In this document: positions 28,895 to 45,440 of the stretch, in pieces
Numbering within the stretch: position 1 is the stretch's first letter
How the letters are laid out: each line of letters opens with the position of its first letter
Assembly (NCBI GenBank): GCA_964016885.1
Contig: OZ024742.1
Location: forward strand, 188,728,001 to 188,792,000
DNA: 64,000 nucleotides
Source of the DNA: Eledone cirrhosa
Lineage: Eukaryota
Direction: 5' to 3'
The notes under the pieces: generated by a model
Seen by the model: only the letters and a program-made list of their open reading frames with translations
Told to the model about the DNA's origin: nothing
Databases searched by the model: none
Made by a program: the position numbers and the translations under genes

Positions 28895-30189
28895 CACACA
28901 TGTATAGAAAGAGTGTAAGGGTGTAGATACAACAGTACACACGTGAGTGTGTGCGTATATGTATGCATAAATACGTGTGTGTGTATATGTGTGTGGGTTT
29001 TTTTGTGTGGGTTTTTGCAGTTTGTCTGTTAAAATTTTTCTCTCCAAATAATCATTCTTTAAAAGAAATTTTCAAAAGATCTTAAAAAAATATTTTCAAA
29101 AACGAGACAGAGTGCGTGTATATATAAATGAATGAGTAAATAAATAAATATATACACAGAGGGAATTAAGTAACATTTTTTTCTACAAAATTCCGAAAAT
29201 TGTCAAAAGTTAAAGGCTAAGAGCCAAAGTATTCTCGGAATCCCAAAGTTTAAACATTAGAAAAAAATTCAGTGCGCGCGTGTGTGTATGGGGGAAACTA
29301 ATGAGGGTGATTACATATTTAGTTTTGGTTTAAATTTATTAATAAATAGTTTCTCCTTATTTATTCTTTGTTGTTGAGTGAAAGAATCGGAGCACTTGTA
29401 AAGAGGGAAGATTTTCAAGTTTGGGAGAGTCATTCCTGCACAATCTGCAATGTGTCTGCTTAAGGGGATTTTCCCTGTGTTTACGTCTCGGATTTGTTGG
29501 CGATGGATGGTCATTCTCGTAATGAGATATGGGAATAGAACTCCTAAAACTAAAGTCACCTCCAATGAACAAAAATACAAGAACATCGACCAAGAAATGG
29601 AAATAGAATGTGCGAAACACATTGAGGGACCAACTCTACAAAACTTAATTAAATAATGGAAACAGGACTGCGAGAATGCAGAAAAAATCCCATTAAAACG
29701 ATGGGGAAAATCTGAAAATTGGTTCCTCAAATATGAAGAGGACTCCAAAACAATGCATCACACAGATAACCCTTTTACGAATTTAACAAAACAAGAATCC
29801 CTTCTGCAACATACATACTTCCAACCCCGACACACATAAACCACAGACAAAACCCCACTATACACAGACCAAATACTACCAACTACAGTAGAAGAAACAT
29901 ACCCAACCACCACAACATAGATACACACAATAATATCTCCTACAGAAACTAACGCCAAAACGACATAGAACTAGCCCGCAATACAAACACCATACACTCC
30001 AGAAGAAACCCACACAGAACACATGGACTCCCAATAAAACCTCTCCACACTAACAACTACACCAGATATCACCCCCAACACTACAAGAAACAACCCGACA
30101 ACATCAACATTATGTATCCCAGAAGGAATCTACCCAAACCACATGAACCCACAACAGAACCCTTACATAATAACAGCTACAACAGGCAC

Positions 30190-31906
30190 CAACCCTCAAA
30201 ATACTGCAGTAGCCTAACCACAAAGGAATTTGAATACATAACTCATTTCAATTGTAATACAAGTGCTTTCTACGGATTACCGAAGATACATAAATGCAAA
30301 ACTCATAAGCAATATATGCGACACCTCAACTAACAAATACATACAATTAACACCACCAGAAGACTTAACACTCAGATCAATTATAGCAGGCCCTGCATGT
30401 GAAACCCTCAGACTTAGCGAACTTCCTGGACATCCTACTGAAGCCCTTTCTAAAACATATACAGAGCTACATACGATGACCTGGATATACTGAACCACCT
30501 ACCCAAAACAGTAAGTGAAAACACTATTCTAGTCTCCTTTGACATAATAAATCTCTACACTAACATATCCTATAAGTATGGAATAACAGCAATCCATTTT
30601 TGGCTAGACACTCACCAATCAGAAATACCAACACACATCAACAAAAACTTCATATTTGATGGACTCCGATTTATCTTACAGAATAATTTCTTTACTTTCA
30701 AGGACTGAACATGCCGACAAATCTCAGGAGCTGCAATGGGCACAAAGGTAGCCGCCACATACGCCGACTTAATCATGGAATTCCACGAACAACAAATCTA
30801 CAACCAATCCCTTCTATTATTCGGAGATTCTTTCCTTACACATCTCAAAAACAACTGGAAGAGATGCTTCAACGGTTGCTTCATACTATGGCAGGAAGAC
30901 ACAAATACACTCACCCTTTTCTTTTCAAGATTATGATTAACAACTTTAACAATAATATACAATTCACAATGGAATCTAACTCCAAGGAATAGCCTTCCTG
31001 GATATTCTCATTCTAAAAACAGATGGAAAAATAGAGACAGACACCTATTACAAACACACGCACACCAAACAGTACCTTTTATTCACATCAAATCACCCAA
31101 AACATACAAAACTTAACACCCCTTTCAATTTAGCCAAACGTATATGCACCATAGTATCAGACCCAGCTAAACGGGAACAAGACTAAATGGCCTCAAAAAC
31201 ACACTCACCTTAAGAGCCTTCCCACTTAACATAATTAATAACGGTATAGATAAAGCAAAACACGCAAATGTTCATCAACCCAACAACCCAAAGCACAGCA
31301 CCACAAACAATACCTTACCATATGTATCCTCGTTCAACACCAGAAACACCGAAATATTCGACCTGCTACACAAAAACCTCCCCATTCTATTTAAAGATGA
31401 AAAATGAAAAAAATTCTACAAACACAGAAGATCATCAAAAGCAAAAGGCAACCAAAATCACTGAAACAAGAACAAAGACATACAAACCTATCTACAGCCT
31501 TGCGGTAACAAACTGCCGAAGAACGAACTGTAGAACAAGCGTATACTTAATTGAAGAGCAAAAATTCACGTTCAAAGATGGCCAAAATTTCACAGTGAAA
31601 AACAATTTCACTTGCAACTCGGATAACCTAATCTATGTAATCACATGCGGTGGTTGTCAACTTAACCATATAGGACAGATAGGGGTGTCATTTCGCAAAA
31701 GAATGACCATCCATCGCCAACAAATCCGAGACGTAAACACAAGGAAAATCCCCTTAAGCAGACACATTGCAGATTGTGCAGGAATGACGCTCCCAAACAT
31801 TAAAATCTCCCCCCTTTACAAGTGATCCGATTCTTTCACTCAACAACAAAGAATAAATAAGGAAAAACTATTTATTATTGAATTTAAACCAAAACTAAAT
31901 ATGTAA
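30190..31906 (+). pseudogene. PLE reverse transcriptase + Cys-rich linker + GIY-YIG endonuclease (frameshifted)
   Basis: FYGLPKIHK, LRSIIAGP, SFDIINLYTNI, GAAMGTKVAATYADL, IQFTME, FLDI, HPKHTK; NFTCNSDNLIYVITCGGCQLNHIGQ..RMTIHRQQI..KFKPKLN. Confidence 0.9.
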
Positions 31907-32724
31907 TCACCCTCATTAATTTTCCCCATACACACACACGCGCACTGAATTTGTTTCTAATGTTTAAACTTTGGGATTCCGAGAATCCTTTGGCTCTTAG
32001 CCTTTAACTTTTGACAATTTTCGGAATTTTGTAGAAAAAAATGTTACTTAATTCCCTCTGTGTATATATTTATTTATTTACTCATTCATTTATATATACA
32101 GGATTTGTGTCTCGTTTTTGAGAAGATTTCTTAAGATCTTTTGAAAATTTCTTTTAAAGAATGATTATTTGGAGCGAAAGATTTGTTTAAAAGCTTCTTT
32201 TGAAAAGTGTTTGTTGAAGGTTTTTGGAAGAGTTTTCTTAACTGTCTTAATTTCTTTAAATTTTATATATTTGGATTCTGGGAATCCTTTGGATTTCGGC
32301 TCTTAACTTTTGCCAGTTTTCTGAATTTTGGAGAGAAAATAATTTTTTCTTAGTTCCCCTCTACAAAAGTATCTTTACCAGACTAACTGTAAAAACACAC
32401 ACACACAGAACAACGGCACATATATATACACACACGTATTTATGCATACATATACGCACACACTCACATGTGTGTACTGTTGTATATACACCCTCACACT
32501 CTCTCTATACATGTGTGTGTGTGGATGTGTGTGTGTGTGTGTGTGTTTGTGAATGTGTGTGGCTATGTACACATACCAACCTACCACAGTATTCAGCTCT
32601 TACAACCCCCTATCCCCTTTTGAACTATTGACCACTAGATTAAACAATACAGTCACAGCATATTTTTCACATCAACAAAACAACTTGTTCTCCTACCAAC
32701 TCTTTTTAATTAACTTTTTTCACT

Positions 32725-32767
32725 GAATTTGACAAGATGGAACTTAATACATCGAAACCGGTAATTT
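32725..32767 (+). ncRNA. Hammerhead ribozyme with U3:A8 core variant (mirror copy 28542-28583, minus)
   Basis: GAAU-UUGACAA-GAUG..CAUC-GAA-ACCGGU-A-AUUU. Confidence 0.65.
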
Positions 32768-32929
32768 TCTCATATACTTTATATACTTCATAAAAAATGT
32801 TTAAAAAAGAATTGTCCCTCTCTTTTTTTCATAACATTATCTTTTTAATAACACTATCTTTTAATAATGGCTCTTTGACGAATCCAAATAGAAAAACAGA
32901 CCCTTAAATATATCTCCCGTGCTATTTCC

Positions 32930-33101
<172 letters not shown>

Positions 33102-33367
33102 CTACATAAATGGAGAAAGCTATTAGCGATACTCCGACCAATTTCCAACTCACTCAACAAATATCAGGAAATACCGTAGTATATTCCCAATTAAACGTTT
33201 GGAGGGCTAACTATATTGTATTGTGTGGATAAGTGGGTGTATTATTTTATATGAGATATATTAAAGATCTCATTTCCCAAACGAATCGTTTCATTGTAAG
33301 ATTTCTACATGGTGTGTGAAATTATACCATGTTATGCAGAAACCTGTGTAAGATCAATGGATTCTTG

Positions 33368-33681
<314 letters not shown>

Positions 33682-33701
33682 AGAATCCATTGATCTTACT
33701 C

Positions 33702-33903
<202 letters not shown>

Positions 33904-34408
33904 TATATAAAATATCAAAAATCGTATCTATCAATGGCTATTCTATACACCGTCAATAGTGGCAATTGTACAAGTTTGAAAGCAATAAAATATGATAGCA
34001 ATTATCGCATGATAAAACAGAGTAGCTTAAGTACTCATAACATTAGACATGACTGCTGCACATAGAGTGAGAAAAATTAAAGTGAATCAGATATGATCAG
34101 CCATCTTACTTAAGGGATTCATGACAAAACACTCCTGTTTTGTTGGTCGGTTTGATTGTCGTAGTTAACGGGTATATATAGATTCTGTTAGAGACTAGAT
34201 ATATAGATTCTCTTAAAGACTGTTTTTAGAAATAATAATAACACCATCATGAGACATGACAACTAACTCGATCCCACTCTTGTCCACTCTGTCTCTGTCT
34301 CTCATATATTACGTATGTTATATATACATACACACACACACATATATATATATGTATGTATGTATAAATATATATATATATATATACGTTTATATATATA
34401 TATATATA

Positions 34409-34444
<36 letters not shown>

Positions 34445-34445
34445 C

Positions 34446-35215
<770 letters not shown>

Positions 35216-35236
35216 TATATATATATATATATATAC

Positions 35237-35296
<60 letters not shown>

Positions 35297-35329
35297 TTAT
35301 ATAATCTCCTCATCGTGTGTCAACTGTCG

Positions 35330-35940
35330 TTATCTCTGAAAATATCAAATTGGGTTTTAGGTGGTGAGACTTTCGTAATTTATATTGGTGATAATGGAAT
35401 TCTTCATACATCTTGCTCGACTTAAATCTTACCATGAAACAAATTAATAGAACAAATCACTGCTCAAAGCGAAAGACAAAAAATCAATCTTAACTTCTCT
35501 GCTGAGAAATATATGAATGATAGAAAGCCATTGATAGATTATTGCCAATACTAGAAAGAAATAGATTTAAGAGGCTACATTTTCTTTCACACGAAAGAGA
35601 CGAAAATCACGTTGGAAGCAATCGACGTTGATGAAAGCAGTGTTCAATGAAGTTATATTATATTGATGATCAGAGATATATCAATGGCAGTTATTCAATT
35701 TATAGAAACATTGTCAGACTAACCTCGTCGATATATTGAATACATTAATTGTGTAATGGGTGAAATAGAAGCAAAACGTTTTACGTCCAGGTGATCATTA
35801 TAAAGGATACATTTTCACAACACCTTTTGTGCCAGGATAATAGAACCAACTGCAGACACGTTCTATTATGTTGAGATCAGCACTTTCCAAACTTTTGAAT
35901 CTGTCAACCGCCATCAAACACGTACAGAGACTATTTCATC
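35330..35940 (+). pseudogene. Possible highly decayed hAT (Buster/Charlie-like) transposase fragment
   Basis: Patches IKLGF, LARLKSYH and VMGEIEAKR recall Buster N-terminal regions; no intact frame. Confidence 0.3.
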
Positions 35941-36349
35941 ACATCAAATGTAAACTAAATGAAATAGAATGATGAATTCGAGGTTCTATAGAGTAAATTC
36001 CAATGGATTTCTCTATATGATTTGTTACCAAGTGAAACCAAATGATAACAGAATTTAAATCATGAAAATAATGGATCATATATGAATATTCATTGCAGGA
36101 CCAATTACTATAACTGAGTGTTCGCAACAACGCTGAATTGTTATGGGGTTGGTTTCCCATTCATTAGATTCCAATTTTGATCCCGCTGCGGGGCATCTTG
36201 GGTAAATATCTTTTTCCCTTGTTGCGCATCGAGCAATGTCTTATGTGTTAAATTATGATGAGCGAAATAGTTTCTAATCCCGTCAATGCGTTAATGTTAC
36301 TAAAGAGTTGTGGGAAGAATATATTTTTAATGTACTTTATATATATATA

Positions 36350-39300
36350 CTAGCAGTTTAGCCTGGCGTTGTCCGGGTTTGTTCATTTGCTATGAAAAGT
36401 TACAAACAGGTAAACGTAACTTGAAAGCGCATAAGCTTATCAATTAAGTGCATAAAGCAGTTGAACCGGTTATTAATAGTTACGAACCAATTAGCGTTTT
36501 GGAAAATCAATAGCGAATTTAGTAGACCAAAGTTGCAAGATGGTGGCCCTGATGCCGCTGGGTGTCAGATCTGTCCGCTATGAGTGACCCTACCAGTTTT
36601 CCAGACCACATAGCTCCAACACTTGCATCAACATCTATAGCACCTCTTTGTAGACGATATTGCGTGTCATCCCTTGAGGAGTGTAAGCAAAAAGTCCATT
36701 CCTGCTCCCTACGTGGGAACAGGCAACATAAAGTTGGCCATGGGAGAAGCATGGCTCCCCCAAATGGATGCCCGCCACCGACAAAGTTTCCCCTTGTGAC
36801 TTGTTAATGGACATGGAAAAACATGGTCTCACCGGAAATTGGGATCGCCGGAAATCGAACGGGATATCTGATCTGACGCTGAGGGGAAAAGGTTCATCCT
36901 TGGAATGAAAACATTCTCCCCTCTCCCGCACCCCGTTACAACGGTGGCCTCAATCAAGTGGGGCGTCAGTGACTTGACGACCATGCGAGTACCGTTAACT
37001 GCTTATTAGCATAATGGGACAGCCAACCCTAAGCTTAAGAATGTGGGGTGGGAGCCTTGGAGGCTCAAGGGAATTTAATAACTCAACCGGATAATTAACG
37101 ATATCGTCGGGGTCTGACGTCCGGTCGATAGATTTGAAGATGTATTCTTTACCGGGAATTTTCTCAATCATCTGCTCGTTAATGAAATTAACCATGGTAT
37201 TTTTCGGAGCAAGGATGGCTCGTTCGCTGAGCCAATCGAGGTTTTTAAAGTTAGATGAGACTTTAGGAAAAACTGTTTTCCAAAGATCAGAAGGGCTGCT
37301 CACAATGTTGCACAGGGAGTCGATTGCTATGCCGCCCTTGTCATCGGCAGGGACCTTGCCCTCACCAAGTGCTAAAATATTCTGAGCAAATGCTGCAGAC
37401 ATGTTGTCACCATGCAAATGAGCACGCATATTTGTGCTCAGGTACAAACTCTTCACCTTGAGCCACAACATGGATGACGTAAGACAGGCACGCACTTAAT
37501 CAGCTCTTGTCCCTTTGGGGATGACAGGCAGCGTTTGCCGAAAATCCCCTGATAGCAGAAGGGTTACGCCACCCATAGGAGCCGTAGAATCCCTAATGTC
37601 TTTCAGGGTCCTGTCCAATGCCTCAAGGGCACCCTTTTGTGCCATTGTGCACTCATCCCAAACAATGAGGCAACATTTTTTAAGAACCAGAGCTTCGTGT
37701 GAACACTTGCTGATATTGCATGTTGGTGTCTCATTTTTACTAAATCCAAGGGGAGTTTAAAGGTTGAATGTGCTGTCCTGCCTCCCGGCAGCAAGGTAGC
37801 AGCGATCCCGGACGATGCAACGGCCAACGCAATTTTTTTCTCCTGAAGAATCTTAGCGAGAATCAATTTCGTTACATAAGTTTTTCCGGTACCCACATGT
37901 GCATCGAGAAAGTAAATACCCCCAGTCTGATTTTGAACCGCGTCAATGATAGTTAAATAGGCCAACTTTTGGTCCGACAGATGTTTGGGCTCATTTTCCT
38001 CTAAGTATTGGGAAAGAGATTCGATATCATATGCTGTTTCCCGCAACAAATCCGGGACCAACGTGTTAGCTTCCTCTCCGACGGTTGACGGTAAGCCATA
38101 CGTCGCCAACTCACTCCCACCCATGTCGAGGAGGGCGTCTCGATATCAATTAGTGTCCTGTTGTAGATAATTTTGCTGTAACCAACTTTCACTGAAGGAT
38201 ACTGCAGATGAGCCAGGCGCAGGAAGTCCTCAGACATGAAGTCTCTGTACTTGACCCATAAAGATTTGGGATCACCCAATTCACACTTTTGAAGCAAAAT
38301 AGCAAAGAGTTCCCTTAGACCTTTAGGTGATTTCAACAAAGCACCCTCTGCTAAAGTGGAATCCCATTGCGAATCATCTTCCAAAAGACCACGCTTAAAG
38401 CAGACTTCCCGGTACGTATTACATATTTCTCCATTAACAGTTTTGATGTCCTGAACACTTTGTGGGCCTACAACTTCATGCAGAAGAAGGCGGAGATGAA
38501 AGCACTCTGTTAACTTGGGGGCACAGTGTAAACCCTTCCAAGGCGGCGGTTTGGTCCGTAAAGTAAACCTTTTCCCATTTTCCAAATGTACCGCAAGCTG
38601 TACGATGGCGGGGTCACGTTGGTGTAGGGGTAAACCAAATAGGCGTCAAAAAGCTTCATTGCCACTGATGTACCGCGCCGGCAAGTATTCTGAGACCTCG
38701 TCCCTGCTATTTTCAGCTTGAAATGCGAACATTGTGGCATCAGAGCCCTTATTTACATATTTGCATATGTATTTTATCGACTTGACGGAGGTGCAAAACT
38801 CAACGTTGATGTGGGGGTTGAACATCTTCAAGAGAAGCGGGCAGTAAGGGACCACCCATCTATTGTCGACTTGACCTCCCCTTACTGTTGTCGTGAAGCC
38901 ACCGTTCTCGGGCTGTCTCCGCTTGTACAGGGGGCACCCGTCGCCACCAGTCTGAGTCTGGTCAACAAATGTTTGGGGGTATCCCTTTCAGACACGTGTG
39001 ATGCTCATTAGGACCCGACGCACACGATCCATGAATCATGTTACCTTTGACGATGTCATGTAATTCCTGGTCAGTTGCTGGGTTAGGGATTTCACCCGAA
39101 ATGAAGCTGTCTATGGCATTTGAATTGATTTTATCACCTAACCGAATCAAAATGTGAGCATGTGGCAGCCCTCGTTTTTGCCATTCGACGGTGAACATGT
39201 CACATTTTACAGCTCCAAATACCTGACCTTTTTGATTAAAGCCATGAGTTTAGCCAGTTTCAGTCTGAACACTCTGGCAATGAGGTCATGTCTGTTCGAA

Positions 39301-40431
39301 TAATTTTGCCCAGGAAAAAGTTCACGGGTTACATTCCGATTCATATGTCTATAGCATTAAACTGTTATATGAAGTTTTTATTTTGCTGGTTGTTATTTGC
39401 AATAAGCCGGTTGAAAATGCCCCAGATAAGCCGTATGTCAATACGGAACGCTCCACTGCAGTGTTGTCATATAGGGAGTGAAGAGCGACAGAGAGAGTAA
39501 ACCAGTTAAATTATAGATAGGGGGAATATACGGAACGCTCCATTTGATCATATACATTGCTTCTCTGTCTGCAGTGTTGTCATACAGGGAGTGAAGAGCC
39601 TCAGAGAGTTTGTTGTTTTATAAATTCATCTGCTGCTTTTGAATATTTGTTAGTTGATGTAAAATGTAAGTTGGTAAAATGTAACGTTGTGAGAGCAGTA
39701 TGTATTTAGTGTTATCGGCTTTTTTAAATTTTGATATTTGATGTATGAGTGTCGTTATGACTGTTTGTTGTTGTATAAAATGATGTGTTGCTTAGTTATC
39801 AAAGTTTTTTCGCGTTCCTGAACGAATAGGGGGAATGGTCTATTATATACAGAGAGAAGAGCGTCGGATAGACTTAAGCTAGTGTTAAACCTCGAAGCAT
39901 GAAGAGAGTAAACCAGTTAAATTATAGAGAGGGGGAATAATCTATGGTAGAGAGAGGGAAGAGGGACGGAGAGAGTAAAGCTATGTTTGTTGTGTTGCTT
40001 AGGTTTCAAAGTTTGTGTCGCGTTCCTTCAAAAGAATGTTGTCGTTCTTCTAAATTGTAGGGTAGTTGACGGAGGCAGTAACCTTTTAACGAGAGTTGCA
40101 GAGAAGATTAAGGGAGGAGTAGAGAGAGTAACCTTTTAAAGAGAGTTGCAGAGGAGATTGAGAGTGGAGTAGAGGAAAGGAAACCTTTTAAAGGGAGTTG
40201 CAACATGTATGTAGTTTCATATATTTTTGATGGTAGTAATGAGAGGAATGAAGCGTGTAAGAGAGAGGGTTACAGCATTCTTTTCATAGAAGCAGGAAAC
40301 TTTTGGCAAAACTAATTCCTCGTTGACCTGCCCTCGTAAATTTAGAGCACATTGGAAAAAAAATCATCAAAATCCGTAGAGAAATGTAGAAATGCATAAA
40401 AATCATACACTGACACAGATAGACATCCACC

Positions 40432-40445
<14 letters not shown>
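36350..40445 (-). mobile_element. Helitron, internally deleted and decayed
   Basis: 3' end CCCGGACAACGCCAGG hairpin + CTAG|T at 36350; the 5' end TATATAAAACGGTGGATG merges into (TA)n. Confidence 0.9.
36635..39330 (-). pseudogene. Helitron Rep (HUH)/Pif1-type helicase, multiply frameshifted
   Basis: VEWQKRGLPHAHILI, YICKYVNKG, DAHVGTGKTY, GGRTAHSTFKLP, SGDFRQTLPV, SINKSQGETL, FSHGQLYVACS. Confidence 0.95.
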
Positions 40446-40494
<49 letters not shown>

Positions 40495-40502
<8 letters not shown>

Positions 40503-40622
40503 TAAAATAACAGATTTAATCTGTTATTTTAATAAATATTTGCTCTACGGTTCTTATATATTTGATATATATTTATCCTTATCGAGCCTTCTTTGGATTT
40601 TAGTCTTCAAATTTATTATTAT

Positions 40623-40627
<5 letters not shown>
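40495..40627 (+). mobile_element. Minimal fold-back (45-bp palindrome) + tail with stem-loop 40542-40587
   Basis: ATATTTATTAAAATAACAGATT-T-AATCTGTTATTTTAATAAATAT, then GCTC-TACGG...CCTTA-TC-GAGC. Confidence 0.7.
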
Positions 40628-40670
<43 letters not shown>

Positions 40671-40673
<3 letters not shown>

Positions 40674-41037
40674 TAAGTTATTCCGGGTTGAATCGGAGGT
40701 AACCACAGTAAGTAAGGTACTCAATACATAGCAGAGTATACAAGTTTTAATATAGATGAGATTCTACAGGACTAGAACTGTTTCATTCTTTAGAAATCAT
40801 CAGGAATCTGGCTGTCCAAAATAAATGTTGTGGTATTTATATCTTTTCTGGTGGTAGGAGAGGATGGGGAGTGGGATGGGTGGAGGTCAACCAATGACCT
40901 CCACCCATCCCACTCCCCACCCTCTCCTACCACCAGAAAAGATATAAATACCACAACATTTATTTTGGACAGCCAGATTCCTGATGATTTCTAAAGAATG
41001 AAACAGTTCTAGTCCTGTAGAATCTCATCTATATTAA

Positions 41038-41041
<4 letters not shown>
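40671..41041. mobile_element. Young fold-back element (arms 40743-40889 / 40895-41041) + 72-nt tail
   Basis: Arms almost identical; TA on both sides; same family as 13400-13548. Confidence 0.9.
40976..41024 (+). ncRNA. Canonical type I hammerhead ribozyme (mirror copy 40760-40808, minus)
   Basis: GAUUC-CUGAUGA-uUUC uaaa GAAu-GAA-ACAG..CUGU-A-GAAUC; GUA cleavage triplet at 41017-41019. Confidence 0.85.
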
Positions 41042-41084
<43 letters not shown>

Positions 41085-41848
41085 TAAGACCTTCAAAATC
41101 GTCTGAGGATCAAGAATCTAGTTTCAGTGAAATATTTGACACATAATTCTAAAGAAACAACTGTACCTACATGACACTATAATTTAGTGTAGCATATATA
41201 TACATATACATATATATATATGTGTGTGTGTATGTGAACCCTACAAACATTTAATACGCCTTGCCAAACTACACTACACTATACACACATACACACAAAT
41301 GCGCACACTCACACACAGACATCCACAAGCATATATATTTATATATACACACAGATGTTTGATAACCGCACATGTATATTGTATTAATAATTAGATCTTT
41401 ACTAAAATGTTAATGTCGTCAACTGTAAACTTGTTATAATTACATAATGACCTGCTAAGGTACAGCAATGTAGCATCATACAATGTTCTAAATATATCAC
41501 CTTCGTATAATTTGAATTAATGAATATGAATATGATGTACTTCAGATTAATTTATTTGAGAATTCCAATACATTAAAAGACAACAACAGAAGCGTGTATG
41601 ATATAGTGCATAGCCAGTGGTTCACATTGTTCCACTCTGTGAATGGTTTCAATCAAAAGTCGTGAAATTAAAACTTGTTCTGCTATAAACCAATACGTGT
41701 GTAATTATCGCCATATATTTTACGCTTATCACTCTGTTTTTCTACCTTTCCTATATGTATGTATACAGCTATGTATGTATGTCTGTATGTGTGTGTCTAT
41801 GTGTGAATGTATATGTACGTATGTATCTGTGAATGTATGTATCAATGC

Positions 41849-41956
<108 letters not shown>

Positions 41957-42165
41957 TGTGTGTCTGCGTGCGTGTGTGTGTGTGCGCGCGTGCGTGTGTG
42001 TGTGTGTGTGCGAGAGGCATGGCTAATATAGTAATTGGTTAAAATACCACATAATCTAAAATGCGATGCTTAAAGTGTATACACATTTACATGTATACTA
42101 CACACTCGCACACACATACACACAAACATAAACACTCACACACACACACACACACACAAACACTT

Positions 42166-42227
<62 letters not shown>

Positions 42228-42626
42228 GTAATAATAAAAATAAAAGCAATCAGAACGAGGTGATAACTTTTCAAATTAATTTCATTCAGGTGTGACACTC
42301 GTTTCGCGATTGATCAGCTCAAGGTTCTTTCTCTATCGATCAGGCCCTATTCTGGAATCAAATGCCCATCAGACGTCTCTTAGCGTAATGTCGGAATTAT
42401 TCCCATATAGCATTAAACATTATATAAAATTGGTGGATAACCGATGGAAAAAGTAGAGAGATACAGGCAAAAACGTATATTCGCGCACACACAGGTATAT
42501 ATATATATATATATGAAAAACATGGGGAGAAGAATACTTCATGGTTGCACATGGATTACATATTATAAAATTAGTCCCTCATCAGTGATTTGCCAACCAT
42601 CATTGATATTTCATCGCATTAAAAAT

Positions 42627-42670
<44 letters not shown>

Positions 42671-42673
<3 letters not shown>

Positions 42674-42863
42674 AACGAGTAGGACCCCAACGGCTGAGCT
42701 GAAGCCGTTTCGACGGCTAATTCAGTCCAGAATTAGCCGTCGAAACGGCTTAAGCTCAGACGTCGGGGTCCTACTCGTTCCTATTACCCACTCTACTACC
42801 CTAAGTATCGAGTACTTTGGTGCGTTATGGTCCACCTGGTTCCTTACCACATTTCCTTAGTTA
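42671..42863 (+). mobile_element. Family A fold-back element with tail
   Basis: 50-bp arms; stem-loop 42790-42813. Confidence 0.85.
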
Positions 42864-43006
42864 TATATATATATATATATGAATGTATGTATAGTATATT
42901 TAGCAATATACCGTATGTTTAATTGAAAACATTTTGAAGACCATACGCTATCATTTTTAAAGTAGTGACTATGTCACTTACTTCTTTTTGGCGAAAGAAG
43001 GGAGAG

Positions 43007-43048
43007 AATCTAACAGTCTGTTTCACGGTGTTGCCGATCATCAGAGCC
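43007..43048 (-). ncRNA. Hammerhead-like motif in pLTR 42881-43090
   Basis: CU-CUGAUGA-uCGG caaca CCGu-GAA-ACAGaCUGU-U-AG; weak stem I. Confidence 0.6.
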
Positions 43049-43153
43049 ACGTACTCCCCGCCTTCGCCGAATATTATAGAAGCTAGACATATATATGTGA
43101 GTATATATATTATTTATATATTAATATACATAAACACATTCACACACACACAC

Positions 43154-43263
<110 letters not shown>

Positions 43264-43313
43264 CGTGCATGCACCTACACGCACCCACATACGAAATACA
43301 CACACTTTATATG

Positions 43314-43357
<44 letters not shown>

Positions 43358-43564
43358 TGTGTGAGTGTGTGAGTAGTACAGTGAATTACTGGTGGTAGTA
43401 ACAAATCAAGCACTCTATGCACAGGCTAAGTGTATATAATAGAAAAAGAAAAAGGGGAAATTTCGTTTGTTTATTGTGTATCAGGTTTATACACAATAAA
43501 TATTTTTAATATGCAAACCAAACTTCCTCGGTTTATTATATATATCATAATATATATATATACA

Positions 43565-43711
<147 letters not shown>

Positions 43712-44556
43712 TATATATATAGGTATATATATACATATAATCTCAAACTAAAATTCATATTTTGATTATGGCTAATATTCACAAGTCTGTTGATGTAATA
43801 CTTATATATCAATAGCCCTAACTAGTGGAAGAAAGTAGTTTTGTGTTTTCAGCTTGCGTAAATATATTTAGAGGGATTTCATTTATCATGTTACATGATA
43901 GAAGTTCGACTCTACTTAACCTGAACTAGTCACGAACTCAGTTAGAGGTGTGACCTCTTTATTTCAGCTGATCTTCCTACAGTCAACTGATGAATTAATA
44001 ACAATTACTGAGATTATATCTAATGGGATTTTCGTTTTCGTCATGCTTCCTCCACTCTAATACCACCTCCTTCTCTTCCTCCTCCAATCTCCGTATCTGT
44101 GTATCATTTAAACTTCTCTTCCTCTCCAAATCTCCATCTCTGTGTATCTATAATTATCACTCTTTTAATGCACAGTTCCACCATCGTTGTGAAGTATATT
44201 TGATTTCATATTCATTTATCTCTTACTAAAATATCTCAATGGCTAGTCAGTGTTCTAGGCTTGATCAGCCTTCAAGATTTCTTTCCTGGAAATACCTTTC
44301 TATATATTGCTCTCTACATCCAAATCTATTTCATGTTTGCTGTCTTAAATTATTCTATATCTCCCCCTCGATATATATTATTTTAGATTATATATTCACC
44401 TATTACATCGATCAATATTTTATCCGTTACAATATCTCACACCGTTCACTGTATTCGCATTGCCGTCATATAAATATATATTTGATTATCTTTATATATT
44501 TATCTATCGACCGATCCGAGTTAACTTCTGACCCACTTTGCTTGCATAACATATTC

Positions 44557-44597
<41 letters not shown>

Positions 44598-44653
44598 TAT
44601 GTATGTGTGTGTGTGTCTATTTGTATGTATATATATACTTGTATGTATATATG

Positions 44654-44702
<49 letters not shown>

Positions 44703-44703
<1 letters not shown>

Positions 44704-44895
44704 GGAACAAGTATGACCCCGACGGCAGAACTCAAGCCGTTTCGACGGCAAATTCTGGAGTCCAGAATTAGCCGTCGAAACGGCTTGAGCTCTGCCCTCG
44801 GGGTCATACTTGTTCCTATTACCCACTCTACTACCCTAAGTATTGAGTACTTTGGTGCGTTATGGTCCATCTGGTTCCTTACTACATTTCCTTCG

Positions 44896-44943
<48 letters not shown>

Positions 44944-45031
44944 AAGTATGACTCCGACGGCAGAGCTCAACTTGAGTCCAGGAATAGCCGTCGAAACGGC
45001 TTGAGCTCTGCCGTCGGGGTCATACTTTCTC

Positions 45032-45033
<2 letters not shown>
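44703..45033 (+). mobile_element. Two adjacent family A fold-back elements (44703-44898 with tail; 44940-45033 without)
   Basis: Inverted arms; stem-loop 44825-44848. Confidence 0.85.
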
Positions 45034-45105
<72 letters not shown>

Positions 45106-45348
45106 TATATATGTATATTTATATATATATATTTTATATATATGTATATTTATATATATATATTTTATATATATGTATATTTATATATATATATATTTAT
45201 ATATATATATTTATATACATACAGAGCAAGAGAACGAGAGATGGAGAGTGAGATTTTGTAAGAGAGTGAGATGTATAATCCCGACCGAGGGGCGAAGCCG
45301 CTTCAGTGGTCTCCACAGTCTGAACTCCGCAGATTCTATATATATACA

Positions 45349-45440
<92 letters not shown>

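Noticed and set aside
31820-31830. In-frame TGA in the GIY-YIG domain as possible selenocysteine recoding (known in some PLEs)
   Set aside because: The inverted copy has TGC (Cys) at the same position and the ORF has many other lesions, so it is most simply a point mutation.
36635-38124. Host PIF1 helicase gene
   Set aside because: It is fused to HUH Rep motifs, bounded by Helitron termini and heavily frameshifted.
40743-41041. Long inverted repeats read as DNA-transposon MITEs or pre-miRNAs
   Set aside because: Asymmetric tails, variable turnaround points, embedded hammerheads and identity with the pLTR next to a PLE RT (13400-13548) indicate a retroelement origin.
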